Assembly (NCBI GenBank): GCA_051362555.1
Contig: CM120648.1
Span: 349,721-413,720, forward strand
From: Lingula anatina
Taxonomy: Eukaryota; Animalia; Brachiopoda
Direction: 5' to 3'
DNA length: 64,000 bases
In this document: piece by piece, positions 40,892-54,724 of the stretch
How the letters are laid out: the number at the start of each line of letters is the position of its first letter
Position numbering within the stretch: the stretch's first letter is position 1
Position numbers and translations under genes: made by a program
Notes under the pieces: generated by a model
Told to the model about the DNA's origin: nothing
The model's database searches: none
The model's input: only the letters and a program-made list of their open reading frames with translations

Positions 40892-41979
40892 GTAGGTGAC
40901 TACGGTAGGTAAGGGTCGCAGCATTTTGTAAGTGCATTTTATTGTGTCAATACGGTCCTTTTAGCATCCATGATTCTGTATGCTCTATTTGAAAACGGTT
41001 TCTGCTATTTTGTATACTTTAGAAATCTATTGCTGTAACAACCATACAAGCAGGAAGGGCTGTTTTAGCTTCGCCAACGTATGTCGTAGAATATGAGGAA
41101 TACTGTACATGCATGTATAACCGCATTTAGAACGGAGATTATCAGAACTCTGAACTAAATCCATTGAAATGAAGAGTGTGTGAACCTTGATTGGAGAAAA
41201 ATAATTTTTATTCAAAATGAGTGTTTATTTGGGGTGCCATTTTCAGGCAGTGCTCGATGTTTTCATCAGTTGTCTACTTGCAGTGGGTAATATACAAACC
41301 TCTAAGAATGTTCCACGCTCTCTTGTCACACACACCATGTTCCTCTTCTACTAAAATACTTCTTCAACGATACACATGTTGTTACCTAACAAAACAGGCT
41401 GCAATTCATATCTACATTGAAAATTATGTGTGCAAATATGGTAAAAGAAACCCCGTGATTTCATACATCTTGCAACTGTTAAAAAAATATAGGAGGAGAT
41501 ATGTCGATCAGAAGAAATTCTTCGAAAGTCATTATGATAAGTTTGGCTATTTATATGCACTTTTCACATTCTACCTGTGATAAATGCTACAGCTCAATTA
41601 GAATGAACTCGTGATCGGACGAAAGTATAAAAGAACGCGCCGTAGTTGTGCGTCCTAAAGCGAACCCTTATAGGTATTCTGAAGACAACTATAAGACGTC
41701 AAACTATGTCAGCGGTTTGTACGAGCTTATAAACTCACGTTCTCAATAGCCGTACCACGGATAGCTTGATGAAAGGATTACCTCTATAGAGTTACAAGCA
41801 GGCATGATATATGAAATACAGTGTAATAATGACTATCCGCTTGTACATGTAAGTATTAATAAGAAAAGAACACTTATAAGAGATCATCGATGGGTCACTG
41901 GTACATGTTGCTTCTCACTGAGAGTTGTAAAAGCAAGAGAGAATTAACTGCTCAACGTTAAAAAATCTAAATAGGTATT

Positions 41980-42001
41980 TAGATAGATAGAGAGATAGAT
42001 T

Positions 42002-42036
<35 letters not shown>
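41980..42036. repeat. (GATA)n microsatellite
   Basis: Direct reading. Confidence 0.95.
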
Positions 42037-45000
42037 TCCTCTTTACATTAAGTCTATGGTTTTATCAAATCAAGTTTCTTGTATGCATAAACTGCCGCTG
42101 ATGCTCTTAAGTACTGGTCAAATAATCCCCCGCAATGAATATTGGAAATAATCAAACACATCAGGCGTGGGCAGCATAATCAATATGTCCGACCCTACTC
42201 AAACTTACCTCGGCAACTAAATATCATCAAATTAACAGCAACGTTATTCTAAGAAATCGAAGAGCAAAAGTCTTGGCAAAGTGAAAACACAGGGACAGAC
42301 GCACATTTTAAAGAGATGGACAATTATATTAATACTGGGTTTGGTAAAAAAACGGTTTGGATAAAGGATAGGATTTATTACTTTTCTGAGTGTAACCAGG
42401 TATGCAAACTTTTGTTGGATTCTAAAGAGGGTAACGATCAGACCGTTATACACAGTGAGTAAAAATTTGACAGTCCACATTTTGATCATCTTTTTATTCA
42501 GCGGAGCTAATGAACTCTATTCTCAAAATCAGAACATCTATTTTGCACTCGTTAAATAACGATTACTTGAAGTTTTTTTATAATCAAAAACATTTTGATT
42601 GCTTGCGTGGGCATGTATTTACGATTGGTATAATTGCAACCCCGGCTCGTGCTAAGTCAGCACAAACCATCTCAGTGGAAACGCCGAGAAGGGACATTCC
42701 TTTCATTTATCGGGCGATTCCGGTCTTGTGGCTAGCCTTATCCACCGTCTGGTTAAGGCGAATAATCCCTAAGGTGACCTCAACTTGTCCCCAGGGGCTA
42801 CGTTTGAGAAATCGCAACGAGGATCTTTTGAATGAACTCCCATCGATCCGTGTAGACAGCATGTTATTGGAAGAGATAACTATCTCGTTTTCTAGAACGC
42901 ATCTTGAGATTTTTTTCATCCGCAGTTATAATCACCGTGCTTTCTATTTAGCGGCGATGTGGGATTTTGGTATTTGCTCAGTTGATACATTTTCCTTAAA
43001 TGAAAAAGAGGGAATTAAGATCATGTCCATGTACGACAGCTGGCATTTTCGTTTTCAATGTTTTATTTTCTGTTTTTGCCTATCAGTAATTGAGTGAATC
43101 ATCTTTATGTATTAGGTAATTGCTAGCTGAACCTTTGAGAGCAATGTTTTTGGGTTTAGATGGGTCCATCGAGTCAGGTTGAGTCGCGGATCGATTTTAA
43201 AGAAAGTTCTTTGAACGGAGGACGGGAACGTATGATGCATGAATAAAATGCGCTTTTATGAAAGTAAACAAATAGCCAAAACCATAAATGAGAGAGAGAG
43301 GTTTCTTTTTGAATTGACTGCCATGATTCCAAATTTCATCGAATATACAAAGCAATTTTTGTATTAAGTTCAACTATATAAATATGGCGGGTGCCATTGG
43401 ACTTTTCTGTGGGTTCTGACTAAACTTCGATGTCGCTGAGACATCCGTTTAAAATAGAAACTTTTGTGTGTCTGTGTTATAGCCCTGAGAGCTGCAAAAG
43501 TCAGCTAAGTCACTTTAATTAAAAACTCCTCGGAGTTTGTTATCGCTTGTGCTTATGCAACTTAACAACTATGCCGTACCAATTAAACGATATACGCATG
43601 GATGAATGGTCAAAGTAAGTGAGATTATTGCAAGGTTGTCACTGGGGCATAACTCTTCATCCAAAGCAAGTTCCTACAAATCCGCCGTAATAAGTGACTC
43701 AATCAGTGGTGAGGAACTAACAAAAGAGGAAATCCACTCATTTACTCCACAATCAGGATTTCCCGTATATATGCCAAATTTAGGTGTTTTGCAGAAAGAC
43801 ACAAAAGGCGTGGACTTTTGCCTCGTAAATGTTGACAATCAAGACGGAAGAATAATCACTCGACTGTTCTATCAAGCTAAAATATACGCCAACGCCTTCT
43901 TGAAGTTTATACTTTTCTATCGACGTGTTAAATTTGCTTTAAAATACTCAACCATGACGGCAAGAAGAGGCATACAGCCTTGAGTATTTCGCACGTGTGA
44001 ACGAGCTCTGTCTGGTGTTTATTGTTTGCCATCTTTCCCTCTACTGATAAAACATTCATTTTTCAAATCCATCCGCGGCTTTGAAGAAAATTTTGCTCTC
44101 CACCCACGCCGTCTTTTGACATTGTAGGATTCTGTGCAAGTCGTGCTTCAATATGTCTCGGATCAGCCCAATAACTGCACCGCTTTGATAAAGCATTTGA
44201 TTCTAAAGGTCAGATAACATGTGCTTCAAATGGAATATCGAAAAAGATGAAAAAAAAGTAAATTGGAACAATCAAAATGAAAAATCTTAGGAGCCATTTC
44301 GCCATCTATTTATTTTCTAGGCTTCAGAAAGAGAATAGATTCAAAAAGTCAGTTTGATCCGTCGAACAAACCATCTGCTGTGAGTCAGAAATACAGACAT
44401 CAATCCCGGCTTAATGGCTCCTTGCTTCTCCTTCTTGAATATCTGGTGAACTTGAAAAATGACATATGTGATTGTAGTCTGTTTACAAAAAAAGAATTTA
44501 CCAATAATAAACGAATCAATGTACATTTGAAAGAAGGAATAGTTCCATGAATAAAAAGGTCAAATAAACAAACAATTAAGTGCCATAACCCATACACCAA
44601 TGACAACTACATACATCGCCAAATTCAACATTCAATTTGTGTCCGTTGAATTGCTGAAATAATATGATTAAATTACTGCAGATAAAAGAGTGGGTGGATA
44701 TTTCACAGGAACAAAATAATAACGCAAAGCCGTACAACAGAAATCAGGAAATGAACACCAGAACAAGAGTTCACCAAACTGCAAGGAACTGCTCTCTAAT
44801 TAACACGGAAACGAGAGGCCTTGTTTTGAACATTGTATGTACAATGAAAGCAGGGTATGATTGGTAATGTAAACTATCTAACACATTAAGGTAATACTTG
44901 ATATAACGTCTTCAACATCTGAACAAATAGAAACATACCTTGTTACTTTTATCTAGTGTGCAGACGAACGGAATTGTTACCAATGCAGTTGAAATAGCTG

Positions 45001-45767
45001 TTTGATCATCTGGTAGTGGATAGGACGTTTTATAAATGTCTTCACACAATATGACGGAATTGGCCGGAAAGAAATTTACTCAAGGCGGAGAGATGTAATT
45101 ACAGTTTCAACTTAATTGGTGTCTCTTAACATGTAAACATATTTTTTTGTTTTTTGTTTTTTTTTCTTGGCGGAGGTTCGCAATCCTGGCTAGATTGTTC
45201 TCTAGTCTCATTACAGTTACACGCATAAAACTACATATTCTTATTTTTTTGATATCTTTTAGGAACACGCCCCTCGTCCATAGAACAAAGTCCTTTGAAG
45301 GTCGACTTTGAGGAGGATTGCCGGCGCTCCAACGATACAGGTAAGACAATAAACAGTTAATGACCTGGACATGATTCTACAGGCAATATCCACTTTAAGT
45401 AATAACGGCTTAATAACCGCATACAGGAATCATCAGCCCTTACACGCCAGTTCTTAGATTCATCACGACTGTATAAAGTTGATTCCAAGGGGAAGTTTAC
45501 CAGCTAATTGCCTGCTATTTATGCTATTTATTCTATTATAGCCATCATCGTCAGGTAGTTAGTTCTTGATTGTCGTAGCAGATTGATTAACATGTCTACA
45601 GATTTACTTGGCAGACATTTAATCGAATTGACGAAGGCATACATGTACAACACGACTTGCATTAATTTTATTTATTCATTCACTTTGCGATTTTAGTGGA
45701 CTACGTAAGCAAGACAGATATTGTAAGCATAGGAAGGTGATGTTCAAGTTAATTTCGTCCACTTCTC

Positions 45768-45852
45768 CATTCATCCATTCATTCAATCACTCATTCATTC
45801 ATTCGTTCACTCACTCATTCATCCATCCATTCATTTGTTCATTCATTCATTC
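45768..45852. repeat. Imperfect (CATT)n microsatellite
   Basis: Direct reading. Confidence 0.9.
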
Positions 45853-48800
45853 CAACCTATTCTCTGATTAAGCCAGAGTCTATTTAACCATCTGGTCAAT
45901 TGCAACGCACGTTTCTCAACTAGACTGACTACATTAACAATGGGACCTATTTCAGCAAAGTCCTATTATAGCCCGAAATATGTGTTATATTTAAGACCAC
46001 AGTATGTTAACCCAGGACTAACCAGTAGTTGTCCATTTTAACTGAACATTGCGCCTGTTTTAACAAAAATACATTCCTTAATTTACAAAGCAATAGAAGG
46101 ACGTACTTTACTTAAAGGGACTATTATGGGATTATCTCGAACTGAAGAAAATCCAGTTTTTTTGTCTGAAAGTTGTCCAATTTTCGGTCTTAATATCTAT
46201 GTGAATTATGTTGTCTGTAGCCCAAATTTGAGCGCACCAAGCAAAGAAACATGTGGAGAACCTCTTAGTATCTTACCACAAATGTTAGCACGGGGTTCAG
46301 CGGCAAAATAAACGTTTAGATATGCCTCTTGGTTAATGGCAATATGTTAGGTATATTTAGTGATTCCGCTGCTTTTGATACATTACTATTACCTTGCCAG
46401 AAAGGAACTAGAGATTTGCATTGGGGTGAAGCTCAATGTATGGTAGACGTTTAGGAGTAAGACATGTATGTAGGACAGATGACATAGGTATGCAGAATTG
46501 TTTTCTCGTTTTAGTTATCTGAAAATAAATTAATTTATTTATTTATCCAGAATTTTTGACATCGATATCGTTCTCATGAAATTTTCAAAGATATTTCATG
46601 AAAAGTTTTGTTCAAAAATGTACAACCCATTTCATTTGCATTTGGACGACAGGTGTACAAAAATCACTCTCACACAGCTGGCGAGCAAATTGGTGTACAA
46701 ATTTATCAGCTGCCGTGATCTGAATGGCTTGCCAGCTCTTTTACTATCACTAACAGAGATGTTAGTGCGTCTCATTCCAATCCCAGTTATGCCAGCTTCT
46801 TTACAAAATCAAGTTGCCCAGGTAAATGATCCTTAACTCCATTCCAAAGCGGTTAGAAATTTAGACGCAAGATGTTACATACTCTTACTACGTTACTTGC
46901 GCAAAAATGTATAAAGCGCCTGCGACGTGACCGCAAAATGTCACCTATCCATTTGTATGTGTTGCACTTTTACTACATGTAAGATATATAGGTCGAGTTC
47001 AGATTTTAACTAAAGGAGAAGATCCTTTTTAAAGAGCATTATCATTGAAAGTGACCAACATAACAATTGATATTTTAGGACTTCTTCATGTTGACATAAA
47101 AGGCATGCATGGTTCATATCAGTGAATATACAGGCTGTTTATTTTTACAAAGGAACTAAATTTAAGTACTCAAATATTACGTCTATTTTGACCCGCGATA
47201 AAGTGGTAAAATTTCTGCTGTGTACTGGTATTGGTATTTCAGAGAAAAATTGTATTTTGTGTTTTATACAAATACTTCTTCAATTTAGTTGGTTTTACCG
47301 ATTTAGTCCGACCCAACCTGAAAATACTGCGGTAAAAAGTTAATAGTGACTTTTGCCCTAAGTTCGCTGTTGTAATAGCAGTAAGGTTTCAGGAACGCTG
47401 CCCTGGTTCGGGTCAATGTACACAAAATTGGTTTAAAGTGCACAAAAATACGATAATTCCATTTCACAAGATCTAGATTGGGATATATCTCAAATCGATA
47501 GCACCATTTATGCGATTGTTTTTGCTATTCCGTCGTATTCATGAGCCAATTGAAGGTTGATGCACTATTAGGGCTAATAGACGCATAAAGGATGTTTTCT
47601 GTGCAACTGAATGACGATACACTTTTATTTGAGTCAAAGATCGTAAAAATGTATCATGTCCACAATTAGGTTACTTCAAGCCATTGTTTTATCTTGGAAT
47701 TCCAATGGGAGAAAAAAACATACACATTAAGATCGTATATAGATAAAATCAATTAGTTTCGTACACAGTGATTTTTCCTCTCAACGTTCTGTTTAAATGG
47801 AGACGCAGTGAACAATGTACACGCATATTATTTTTTGGTGGAAATGAGTTTTGAGTGTTATGACTTGTAAATGCGATTAGGCTTAATATGGACGCTGCCC
47901 TTATCAAACGTGATTCTAACCCGGAAAATAAGGTTGTTGTAAGCGTAAATGTATTTTGCATGCATAAATGTACTTTGCATGCGTTAATCCCGATTTGTGC
48001 ACGGCAATATAAGCCATCACCTTATAGGCGTTGACACAACTTTGTGTGAAAATTATGTCGCGGTTTAGTGAGTTAGCTCCAATTCACACTTTATGTCGAA
48101 AAAAAAAACATCCGATAATAAGTGTGCGGTTCTTCATCCATTCTTTATCAGTAGGTGAAAATAGATAGATAAGAATCCTATTAATAAAAGTACGAAATAA
48201 TACATTGGGATTCCCGAAAGAGTTATCTATAAGAATTCTCAACAGATACAGTGTTTTTGCAGTCATATAAAGCGTGTTTGCATACTAGTGAACTATGCTG
48301 TACATATCTTATGAACACGCTGGCATAACGAACTGACGTTTCTCCGTTGCTGTTGTTTGACAGGTATTTTTAGATAAACAGTCGGCTTCTGATCAGTACA
48401 GTTCATGTTTAAAATATGCGTGGAAATGTCAAAGCACTAAAGCTTTTGCAAAAGCTACACTTGAGTGCCAAGAAATTCTAGAATTGGGAAGCAGTTTCTA
48501 TTTTGATTATTTGATTATTGCAAAAACATCATAGTTAGCACCCAATCTGACTCTGTGTTGTTACTTTTTTCCAAGAATATTCGTGGAAGAGATACAAGGC
48601 CAGAAACCCACGTAAACAATTTAAAAGAAGGCAAACAAGCATTTTTATTTGGCATTTGAATCCTGTCGCTACTAAATAATTCGACTTATCAAATCAAAAC
48701 GAATCTCGTGGGAGAAAAGCGAGAAAAACCGTCATGTATTCCTCTGTCCAAGTTCTGATTTAGTGCAAGCAATTATGTCAAAAATTCCCATTAGTACTAT

Positions 48801-49711
48801 GATATACGTGTTACTTGTCCTGGAGAGTGATATAAATGCAAATTTCACAGACATATTATACGTTGCAAAATAAACAGCTTGAACGGGAAACGGACAATTA
48901 TTCCTTTAGCTCATGTTCATCATGTGCTCCTTTTTGGGCCACTGTTTTGAGACGTTTCCATTTCTGCAAGCACGTTCACCTCAAAAGAGCCAAATTCTTC
49001 TAATACGCTTTTTCTGGCGATTTCCAGTAGAAAGATGGCTAACCTGGATTGACTTCAGAAATTACTGACAATGAACATCTAAAGTGGATTATCTGATTGT
49101 ATACTTAATAATGTTTAAGTTAAATGTTATATACTCAACAAGTAAATAAGGGCAGCCCAAGTACATATATACATCATTTGGACATGTTACCAATTTAAAA
49201 CTTACAGATACTGGGTGAGCGAAAACCGCCCCGAGTTCAACTTTTTTAAGAACTCGCACGTTTAAAACCATAATTCCATGTCATTTCTAACCACACGCCT
49301 CTTACCTATTGGTCTGATGACGAATGCCGAGAAACTCGGTTCTTTTTTAACTTTTCACTGGTGATTTAAACAAAAAAATTGGACAGTTAGCTTTTAGACA
49401 ACTGCACGCGTCTACCTTATCACCCCACCCCCCTTTAAAGTATAAATTGCATTCCTTTTTTCATGTGATAATTGGAGAATAACCATGAAAACCCTTTGCC
49501 TCCCGTGTGGTCTCGAGTGCGTAAAAACGAAAAGTGAATAATTATAGCAATTACACGTAGGGGCCTATCTGCTTATGGATTTGTATCGTGCTCCATTAGC
49601 GAGCTATTTATTATATACTGAGTGGAATAAGGTGTTGGGATGCGAACAGCAGTTAGTACATTGGGTAGACTTTTGCAGACCGTTGCTTGTATCTTTATAA
49701 CAACTAGTACG

Positions 49712-49848
49712 CTAGGAATCGTAGTCCGTTTCCCATTAATTTGTACAGGTGACATTCGTCTCAATTACTTAACCAACACTCCTACCAACCCCAACCTGTA
49801 CTATGGGACCCCGGACTTCCATTCCTAGGACTATCACTTCTGTCACAC
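49712..49848 (-). mobile_element. Short TIR element family A, inverted copy
   Basis: TTGTACAGGTGACATTCGTC...TATGGGACCCCGGACTTCCATTCCTAGGACTATCACTTCTGTCACAC is the reverse complement of the 20154 copy. Confidence 0.8.
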
Positions 49849-50474
49849 CGGTCGTTTGGTAGGAACAGTCACTTGAGTTGAGATGACGCACTTGTCTGTC
49901 AAACTCTAAATCTCTATGCGTGACTTCAGGTAAGAGCACCAACTTATCCCCAAGCAACGTGGCTTGTTTTACGTGACACTGCGCCACCAGAATCAGGAAA
50001 CCAGACACGCGTCACCAGGGTTACGCTGTCTCACTTCCGGTTCTTGAAATGGCCTCGGAAGTCCTTTTTGGTTGAGTTGCAAGCAAATTAGTTCCAGAGA
50101 GGGGGGGAATGTTTGCTGCAATCACAGGCAAAAGAACAGTGCTTGTTTGAATCTAATAGATGGAAACGTTATCTAGTTCATTGCACTCTATAAAAAACCG
50201 CATAATATCCTGTTTTGAAAGGTTTCAACAGTCTTGTTGTGCGATAGTGGAATAATATTCTCTGAAGTCAGAAATAGAAGAAACTATTATTGAATTTTTG
50301 TATGTTTGTTTGTTTTGAGATTAAAATATGAGGAGAGTGATATTCTAGTATTCTCATATTCAGATTTTGTTTATCAAAATAATGAATAAATTAAACGTGG
50401 TTAAACAATTGATCAAAATATATATCGTGTATGGTGTAGAATGGTAGACATGTAAGCTTTAATCTTGAATTTTA

Positions 50475-50509
<35 letters not shown>

Positions 50510-51969
50510 GCAAGCCTTTCCCCGCCCCCTTGCCGTTCACTGGTCATCTCTTCTGCATACACCGGAAGAGTGTGGCGTGATTTCTGGAATCTCTAATAAA
50601 TACCTGACGACAGAGGATGTCCGCGAGCTCTCTGAGAACATTAATCCACGTCTAATTAAACAAGTAGAAAACAGGTTCTGACGTATAGCGTAATTCCCTG
50701 ATGGATCATAAAAATCGCTGTAATTGAAACCGGCTCCACGACTGTCTTAACAGATTAAATTCAAGGTTGATATACAGTAATTATTCATTAAATTTGAACA
50801 GAATAGGTAAGTTATTTTCTCAGGATCAAAAATAATGTTTTGTCAGTAACATATAAAAATACTGCCTTAATATTTTCGGGAAATGCGTTGGCCTCGAGTC
50901 AGAAAGTACGTACTAATAATGAAAAGATACCAAATAGATTCGGGTGTAATGGTCATTTGTTGAAATGATTATTGCGCTTGTAAGATAGCAGTGGAAGTAC
51001 CTTTGTGTGCCGCTTACAATCGATACAATGACCTATGGACACACTTTGACAGTTACGTAATTCTAGGAAACAGTGTGACGTCACCACGGCTTATCCTTAA
51101 GCTTACGCCCGCATGCGTACTTTAAAGGTTATACATATTCCAAGAGCTCTCTTTGAACATGGTAGGCATGCTAATGTCCAGGTGTGTTGAGAGATGGCTC
51201 TGACAGGTAAGAATGTACATTCCACTCATAAATATCTACAATTAGTTGGTGAAAGCAAGACGTTTCAGTTACTGTTGTCATAGTATGATGTGTGTTCAGT
51301 GGCATGCAGGATGTGGGGATGGAGGATTGGAAGAATGGAGGATAATGGGATGGGGCTTTGGAGAAGAAAATCACTCCCTTTATATTGTTGCTATATCAGG
51401 ATACATAGGATTATAAGACAGCGTCACCAGAAAACGAAATGAACTTGACAAAATTTTTAAGCTGTACACGCCGCAGTAGGACACATATACCGGCAGCTTG
51501 TACAATGTAGTTTACAAATACATGTACAATAAGGTGCTAGGTAACAACATATAGCTCTACGGGTTAGGATGATTTGACATTTTGGAGTGGGAAGCCAGCG
51601 AGCACTTATTAATCTGTTCTTTGATCTACTGATGTTCCGGAAGGCAATAATTAGAACAGCATGCTGCCGGAGAACGGATTAACATTCATACCCAATGACC
51701 TTACGGGATCGGCCATGTTCGACAGAGGCCCAAAAAACCAAAACATAAAAAGCTCACTTTGTAGACATTTTTGGGAATAAATGTGTTCTCAACTTCATGT
51801 GACCAAAACTTGATTAATTTATCTCTGTTTCAGTGCTTCATATGTGCTTTAATTGTAGCACTACAGGATAGCGAAGGGTGGATGTAAATAATCAGATATA
51901 ATAGTTGGAAGGTGCCGATTAAAGTCTTGGGATGGTCGTAACATTATGAAAAAAGCAGTATTAGATTAA

Positions 51970-52304
51970 AGGTATAATAACTCTTCGTTTTGGCCAAAAA
52001 ATGAATTTTCCAGGAGTAAACAACAATTTTCCCATACTTACCAATGGTTAATAAATCCATTTTTACATTCAAAGTTAGTCCCTGTTTTTTTCTAAAAAGT
52101 TTGTTTTTTGTTAAAATCTCTTAAGAGATTATAACAGAGTACAGCCATCAGTGGAGGTCACGTGATCTGAAGACAAGTTCAGATATCAGAATAATAGCTA
52201 TATTTGCCGTTTTTGTGGTAAAACAGAATTTATTATATTTCTATGAGTTGTTCCCAATGTTTTTATTGTGAAATATAGATATCGTACGAAGAGTTATTAT
52301 CCCT
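51970..52304. mobile_element. Kolobok-like MITE with TTAA target-site duplication
   Basis: TTAA|AGGTATAATAACTCTTCGT ... ACGAAGAGTTATTATCCCT|TTAA: a 19-bp TIR with one mismatch, RR termini and TTAA TSD as in Kolobok elements. Confidence 0.8.
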
Positions 52305-52563
52305 TTAAGCAATGGTATCGCCATTCACTGGCCATTATTATCTGGTGGATCCAGGATTTTTGTTAAAATGTGTGCATGTGTGGGTGTGGGTGATTATGTG
52401 TGTTTGTGTGTTCTGGGGGTACTCTTGGAAAGAAAAAATACTCAGGCGAGGTGAAGCCAAAAATGAAACAGTAGTACGAGTATTTACCATAAGAAGTAGC
52501 ACACAAGCCTTAGGAATGGAACATGTTGCATTTTTTTTTCTCGTTTCGCTCGTTATACGCTTG

Positions 52564-52594
<31 letters not shown>

Positions 52595-53546
52595 ATCGGA
52601 AAAGGATGAATCTTATGATTCGACTATTGCAGGCTGAGCAGAAGACTCTTTACTACACAGCTTGCCTCATATCCTCACGTCCAACCGCTTTGTCTCACGC
52701 TTCATTACAGAAAATAATCACGAAAGGCAATGTGGCTTTCTTGTTAATTGCAACACGTGTAAAATTCTAGGCTTTGCACACCGTTTATTGCCAAAAGATC
52801 ACTGATCGATGGAACACCTGCAAAGATCTAGTACAGTATGTTTATTTTCTCCGAACGCCATTCGTAACTACATTCAAAGACGAGAAAAAAGAGAGTTTAC
52901 TTGTGGACCACAAAAATTAGTTGCCAATCACTTTATGTTTTTTTTTTCAACTCTGTAAGTATGCAATTCTGTAACCACACATTTAACATTGTTCTAGACC
53001 CCACATAGACTCTTACATGTAACTTTAATCTACGTGTACCTTGATATAAATTAATTTTGTTGTTTTGATTCTTTACAATGTTAATTTCATTGACGTGCGC
53101 CTCTCACTCATCCGTCCCAAGCTAGATGGAATGTTTCAGAAACTCCAGGGGGTCAAAAGAGAACGGACGTGTGGAACTGACCTCTGGTGTAGTACCCCCA
53201 GGCACTTGTCATAATACCTTATAATGCCAAACCTGTGAAATCAAATAGAGCAGAAATCAAGAACAAAACTTAGCATTAGATGGTAGGAGTAAGCAGGATA
53301 TGTGTATTACAGACAAAAAACAGCTATGCATGTATAATGAAAACGCCAAAGTGGTCTGTCTCAAATTTAAAGAAGAACGCAGACAGCTGCATGGTTCACA
53401 ACGTATACTGCTGCCCTCTATAGCAGTCACGGAGAAGTGAGTGACGTCACGTTGAAATGCCCCAGGTGTTTTGTTATTTTAACGATTCTCCTCTGCTCGA
53501 CTCTGTTAGATATGATTGCTTCTCAACAATAAGGAGTTCAACTACC

Positions 53547-53548
<2 letters not shown>

Positions 53549-53585
<37 letters not shown>

Positions 53586-53664
53586 GTTGTTGTTGTTATT
53601 ATTGCTATGATTTTTAGTATTGTTATAACAATGATAATGAAATAATAATAATAATGATAATAAT
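53549..53664. repeat. (TTA)n ... (TAA)n inverted trinucleotide array
   Basis: A TTA/TTG run, then the palindrome ATTGTTATAACAAT, then a TAA/TGA run. Confidence 0.9.
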
Positions 53665-53788
53665 AAAACATTTTATGTCATAGATTTAAAAAATAAATAA
53701 AGATAGTAAGGGAGTGCTTACTGTTAAATTTGACAAATTTAGTGAGGTTCATGCAGTAATAAATTAAAATACTTTATTTTATGTCAAA

Positions 53789-54232
53789 TAGGACTAAACC
53801 CCGACCAAATACCACCACAGTGTTTCAAATAGGGTAACCTAAAGAAATACCATAGCGGTTCGTTACATAATTTCTCAAAAATGATATTTGCATATACAGT
53901 TTACTTCCTGCTTACCTCCAGTTTTTTATTATTTAATAATTTTTCCGCGTATTTTATTTGTGTTGTTAAAAAAATTGGCACTAGTAATTTATACACGTTT
54001 CAAGGTAGTTATACTCTTGCTAAATACGTTTCTTTATTTAATATTTGCAATACACATTCTATTTGAAGAGTTTGAAGGTAGATACCATTTAATTCAGGTT
54101 TATCTTCAAGAGTCGTATTCAATTCTCTAAGTAATATAACATTATTGCTGAGACTTTAATAGTACGGTGTCAACTAGAGGGTAAACAAAATGGCGGATCG
54201 ATCGATATGACGTAACGGGAGTTTCGTCCATA
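53789..54232. mobile_element. Possible non-autonomous DNA element
   Basis: Imperfect inverted ends TAGGACTAAACCCC / GGGAGTTTCGTCCATA, with subterminal AAAATGGCGG and TGACGTAA motifs. Confidence 0.35.
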
Positions 54233-54493
54233 ATAAAGAATGCAGGACTATGAGATCATGCCCTGACTCATTATTTGATACGGGTACCTGTATGGTAAAA
54301 ATTTAATCAACCACTATCATTATGGGATTGTATTTTTCAAGCAACCGTTTTAAATACCTATTAGATCCACCTTGGAAAATTGTTGACTTTTGTTGCGCCA
54401 AATTTGAACGTCTGTTATTTTAATGAATGTGTAAAGGATCAGTGCAGGCGTTTTGTTATGCCAACCGCCATACAGTTGTAAATAATATTCCAT

Positions 54494-54724
54494 TTAAAGT
54501 ACTGTCACGTATTACGTCGTGTACATCTCCAGTACGCAAGCAAAAGTTGGTGTTCTTCCTCATACGCAGAGGGAGCTAAATGTTTTGATCATGTTCAAAA
54601 TTACTTTCATACGCAGCTTAAATGATTCATACGCTCAAAATTCACTGAAAGTTTTGCGTATGATTGATTTTACATACGTGTGTCATGCGTACCTCTATTT
54701 CGCCAGGCGTGACACAGCCTTTAA
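54494..54724. mobile_element. Degenerate MITE (Harbinger/Kolobok-like ends)
   Basis: TTAAAGTACTGTCACG ... CGTGACACAGCCTTTAA imperfect inverted ends, a central near-palindrome TTTTGATCATGTTCAAAA, and repeated CATACGC/GCGTA motifs. Confidence 0.5.

Noticed and set aside
42510-43097. Longest supplied ORF (195 aa)
   Set aside because: No recognisable domain, F/I/L/R-rich composition typical of random AT-rich frames, and no supporting splice structure.
46112-46837. Possible Kolobok-like element starting TTAAAGGG
   Set aside because: The right end matches the left only weakly, so the boundaries cannot be defended.
52312-52770. 152-aa ORF
   Set aside because: It spans (TG)-rich and (GA)n simple repeats and has no protein-like features.
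53457-53671. Hydrophobic poly-Ile ORFs resembling membrane peptides
   Set aside because: They are translations of the (TTA)n/(TAA)n microsatellite.
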